Assembly: GCF_000284455.1 (NCBI RefSeq)
Contig: NC_017039.1
Span: 2,280,001 to 2,312,000, forward strand
Source of the DNA: Synechocystis sp. PCC 6803 substr. PCC-P
GTDB taxonomy: Bacteria > Cyanobacteriota > Cyanobacteriia > Cyanobacteriales > Microcystaceae
Direction: 5' to 3'
DNA length: 32,000 nt
The notes under the pieces were generated by a model, which was not told the origin of the DNA, searched no databases, and worked only from the letters and a program-made list of their open reading frames with translations. Every line of letters begins with the position of its first letter. The stretch's first letter is position 1. This document shows, piece after piece, positions 30,490 through 32,000 of the stretch. Made by a program: the position numbers and the translations under genes.

Positions 30490-32000
30490 CTATTTCTCCG
30501 GCTCAGAGAATTCCGCATCGATGACATCATCGCCACCGCCACTGCTAGTTCCCGCTTCAGGGCCAGCACCGGGAGCGCCTACCCCAGCCTCTGCTCCAGC
30601 CTGTTGGTACATATTGGAACCAATGCTGTAGAGAACCTGTTGTAGTTCCGGCATCACCGTTTGGATTTTGGCATCATCTTCCTGGGCTACAGCTTCCTTC
30701 AGGTCTTTGATTAAACCTTCCGCTTTGATTTTATCAGCGGCGGGCACTTTATCGCCCAACTCGGTGATTTGTTTTTCCGCTTGGTAAACGAGGGAATCCG
30801 CTTGGTTTTTGCGGTCAATTTTCTCCCGACGTTCTTTGTCAGCGGCGGCGTTGGATTCAGCTTCCTTCACCATCCGGTCTACTTCCGTATCAGGCAGGGT
30901 GGAAGCCCCGGTGATGCTGATGGACTGCTCCTTGCCCGTACCCCGGTCTTTAGCAGTGACATTCAAAATACCGTTGGCATCAATATCGAAAGTAACTTCG
31001 ATTTGAGGTACGCCCCGGGGAGCAGGGGGGATACCATCTAAGCGGAAGGTTCCCAAGCTCTTATTGTCATTGGCCATTTCCCGTTCCCCTTGGAGCACAT
31101 GGATTTCCACGTTGCTTTGACCGTCCACAGCGGTGGAGAAGGTTTCAGATTTTTTGGTGGGGATGGTGGTGTTGCGGGGAATGATTTTGGTCATGACGCC
31201 CCCTAGGGTTTCTACGCCCAAGGAGAGGGGAGAAACATCCAGGAGCAGAATGTCTTTGACTTCCCCAGAAAGTACACCCCCTTGGATAGCAGCTCCGACG
31301 GCCACTACTTCATCGGGGTTAACTCCTTGGTTGGGATCTTTGCCAAGAATTTTCTTTACCACTTCTTGCACGGCGGGAATCCGGGTGGAACCGCCAACAA
31401 GAACGATTTCATCCAGGGCAGATTTATCGATTTTGGCATCCCGAATGGCATTTTCCACGGGAATACCACAACGATCAATCAGGTCGGAGCAAATTTCTTC
31501 AAACTTGGCCCGGGACAGGGTGGTGTCTAGATGTTTAGGCCCATCCTGGGTGGCAGTGATGAAGGGCAGGTTAATTTCCGTTTGGCTCACGCCGGAAAGT
31601 TCGATTTTGGCTTTTTCGGCCGCTTCGGTTAACCGTTGTAGAGCTTGCTTATCCTTACGGAGGTCGATGCCCTCGGCCTTCTGGAATTCACCGGCCAGGA
31701 AATCGACAATTTTTTTGTCGAAGTCGTCCCCTCCCAGATGGGTATCCCCAGAGGTGGCTAATACTTCAAATACCCCTTCCCCTACTTCGAGGATGGAGAC
31801 GTCAAAAGTACCGCCCCCTAGGTCAAACACCAGAATGGTTTCGTTATCCTTTTTATCCAGACCGTAGGCTAGGGAGGCAGCGGTGGGCTCGTTAATAATT
31901 CTCAGGACTTCGATCCCGGCGATTTTACCCGCATCTTTGGTGGCTTGCCGTTGGGAGTCGTTAAAGTAGGCAGGAACGGTGATGACGGCTTGGGTAACGG
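30490..32000 (-). CDS. dnaK: Chaperone DnaK (DnaK2-type), N-terminus truncated by window edge
   Basis: Frame is open to the right edge: [70 protein letters not shown]... C-terminus [13 protein letters not shown]. The track start at 31830 is an internal GTG. Confidence 0.98.
   Translation of the reverse strand, partial: VTQAVITVPAYFNDSQRQATKDAGKIAGIEVLRIINEPTAASLAYGLDKKDNETILVFDLGGGTFDVSILEVGEGVFEVLATSGDTHLGGDDFDKKIVDFLAGEFQKAEGIDLRKDKQALQRLTEAAEKAKIELSGVSQTEINLPFITATQDGPKHLDTTLSRAKFEEICSDLIDRCGIPVENAIRDAKIDKSALDEIVLVGGSTRIPAVQEVVKKILGKDPNQGVNPDEVVAVGAAIQGGVLSGEVKDILLLDVSPLSLGVETLGGVMTKIIPRNTTIPTKKSETFSTAVDGQSNVEIHVLQGEREMANDNKSLGTFRLDGIPPAPRGVPQIEVTFDIDANGILNVTAKDRGTGKEQSISITGASTLPDTEVDRMVKEAESNAAADKERREKIDRKNQADSLVYQAEKQITELGDKVPAADKIKAEGLIKDLKEAVAQEDDAKIQTVMPELQQVLYSIGSNMYQQAGAEAGVGAPGAGPEAGTSSGGGDDVIDAEFSEPEK

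Noticed and set aside
31133-31867. 244-aa ORF antisense to dnaK
   Set aside because: Serine/arginine-rich shadow translation of the strongly conserved dnaK gene.

Overview
The window looks like ordinary chromosomal core from a cyanobacterium. Protein content, gene order and dense GGCGATCGCC (HIP1) palindromes strongly suggest Synechocystis sp. PCC 6803 or a very close strain; this is from recall, not a database search. Confidently recognisable genes: the 3' part of the iron ABC permease futB, a low-MW phosphotyrosine phosphatase, an ROK glucokinase-like gene, psaC, pedR-like ssl0564, ndhD1, apcE, a GH57-type glycosidase, a NurA-domain gene, a Gfo/Idh/MocA oxidoreductase, a DUF4114 protein, ccmP, ycf37, a CBS-domain gene, inrS, a RelE-type toxin-antitoxin pair, an FAD-dependent dehydrogenase, gcvT and dnaK (dnaK2), the last truncated by the window edge. 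I found no CRISPR array, rRNA, tRNA, intact transposase or obvious multi-gene defence island, and I cannot claim a clear new system. The best leads are: (1) a serine-recombinase-like protein whose expected catalytic residues all appear substituted, encoded 20 bp downstream of the nickel sensor inrS; (2) a co-oriented run of three secreted-protein genes (solute-binding-like, virginiamycin-B-lyase-like propeller, small periplasmic protein); (3) a run of three small secreted-protein genes, one with an acidic D/E-D/E-x-G-N repeat; and (4) an orphan NurA-domain gene. Three good intrinsic terminators and a 74-bp palindromic intergenic repeat are also visible.
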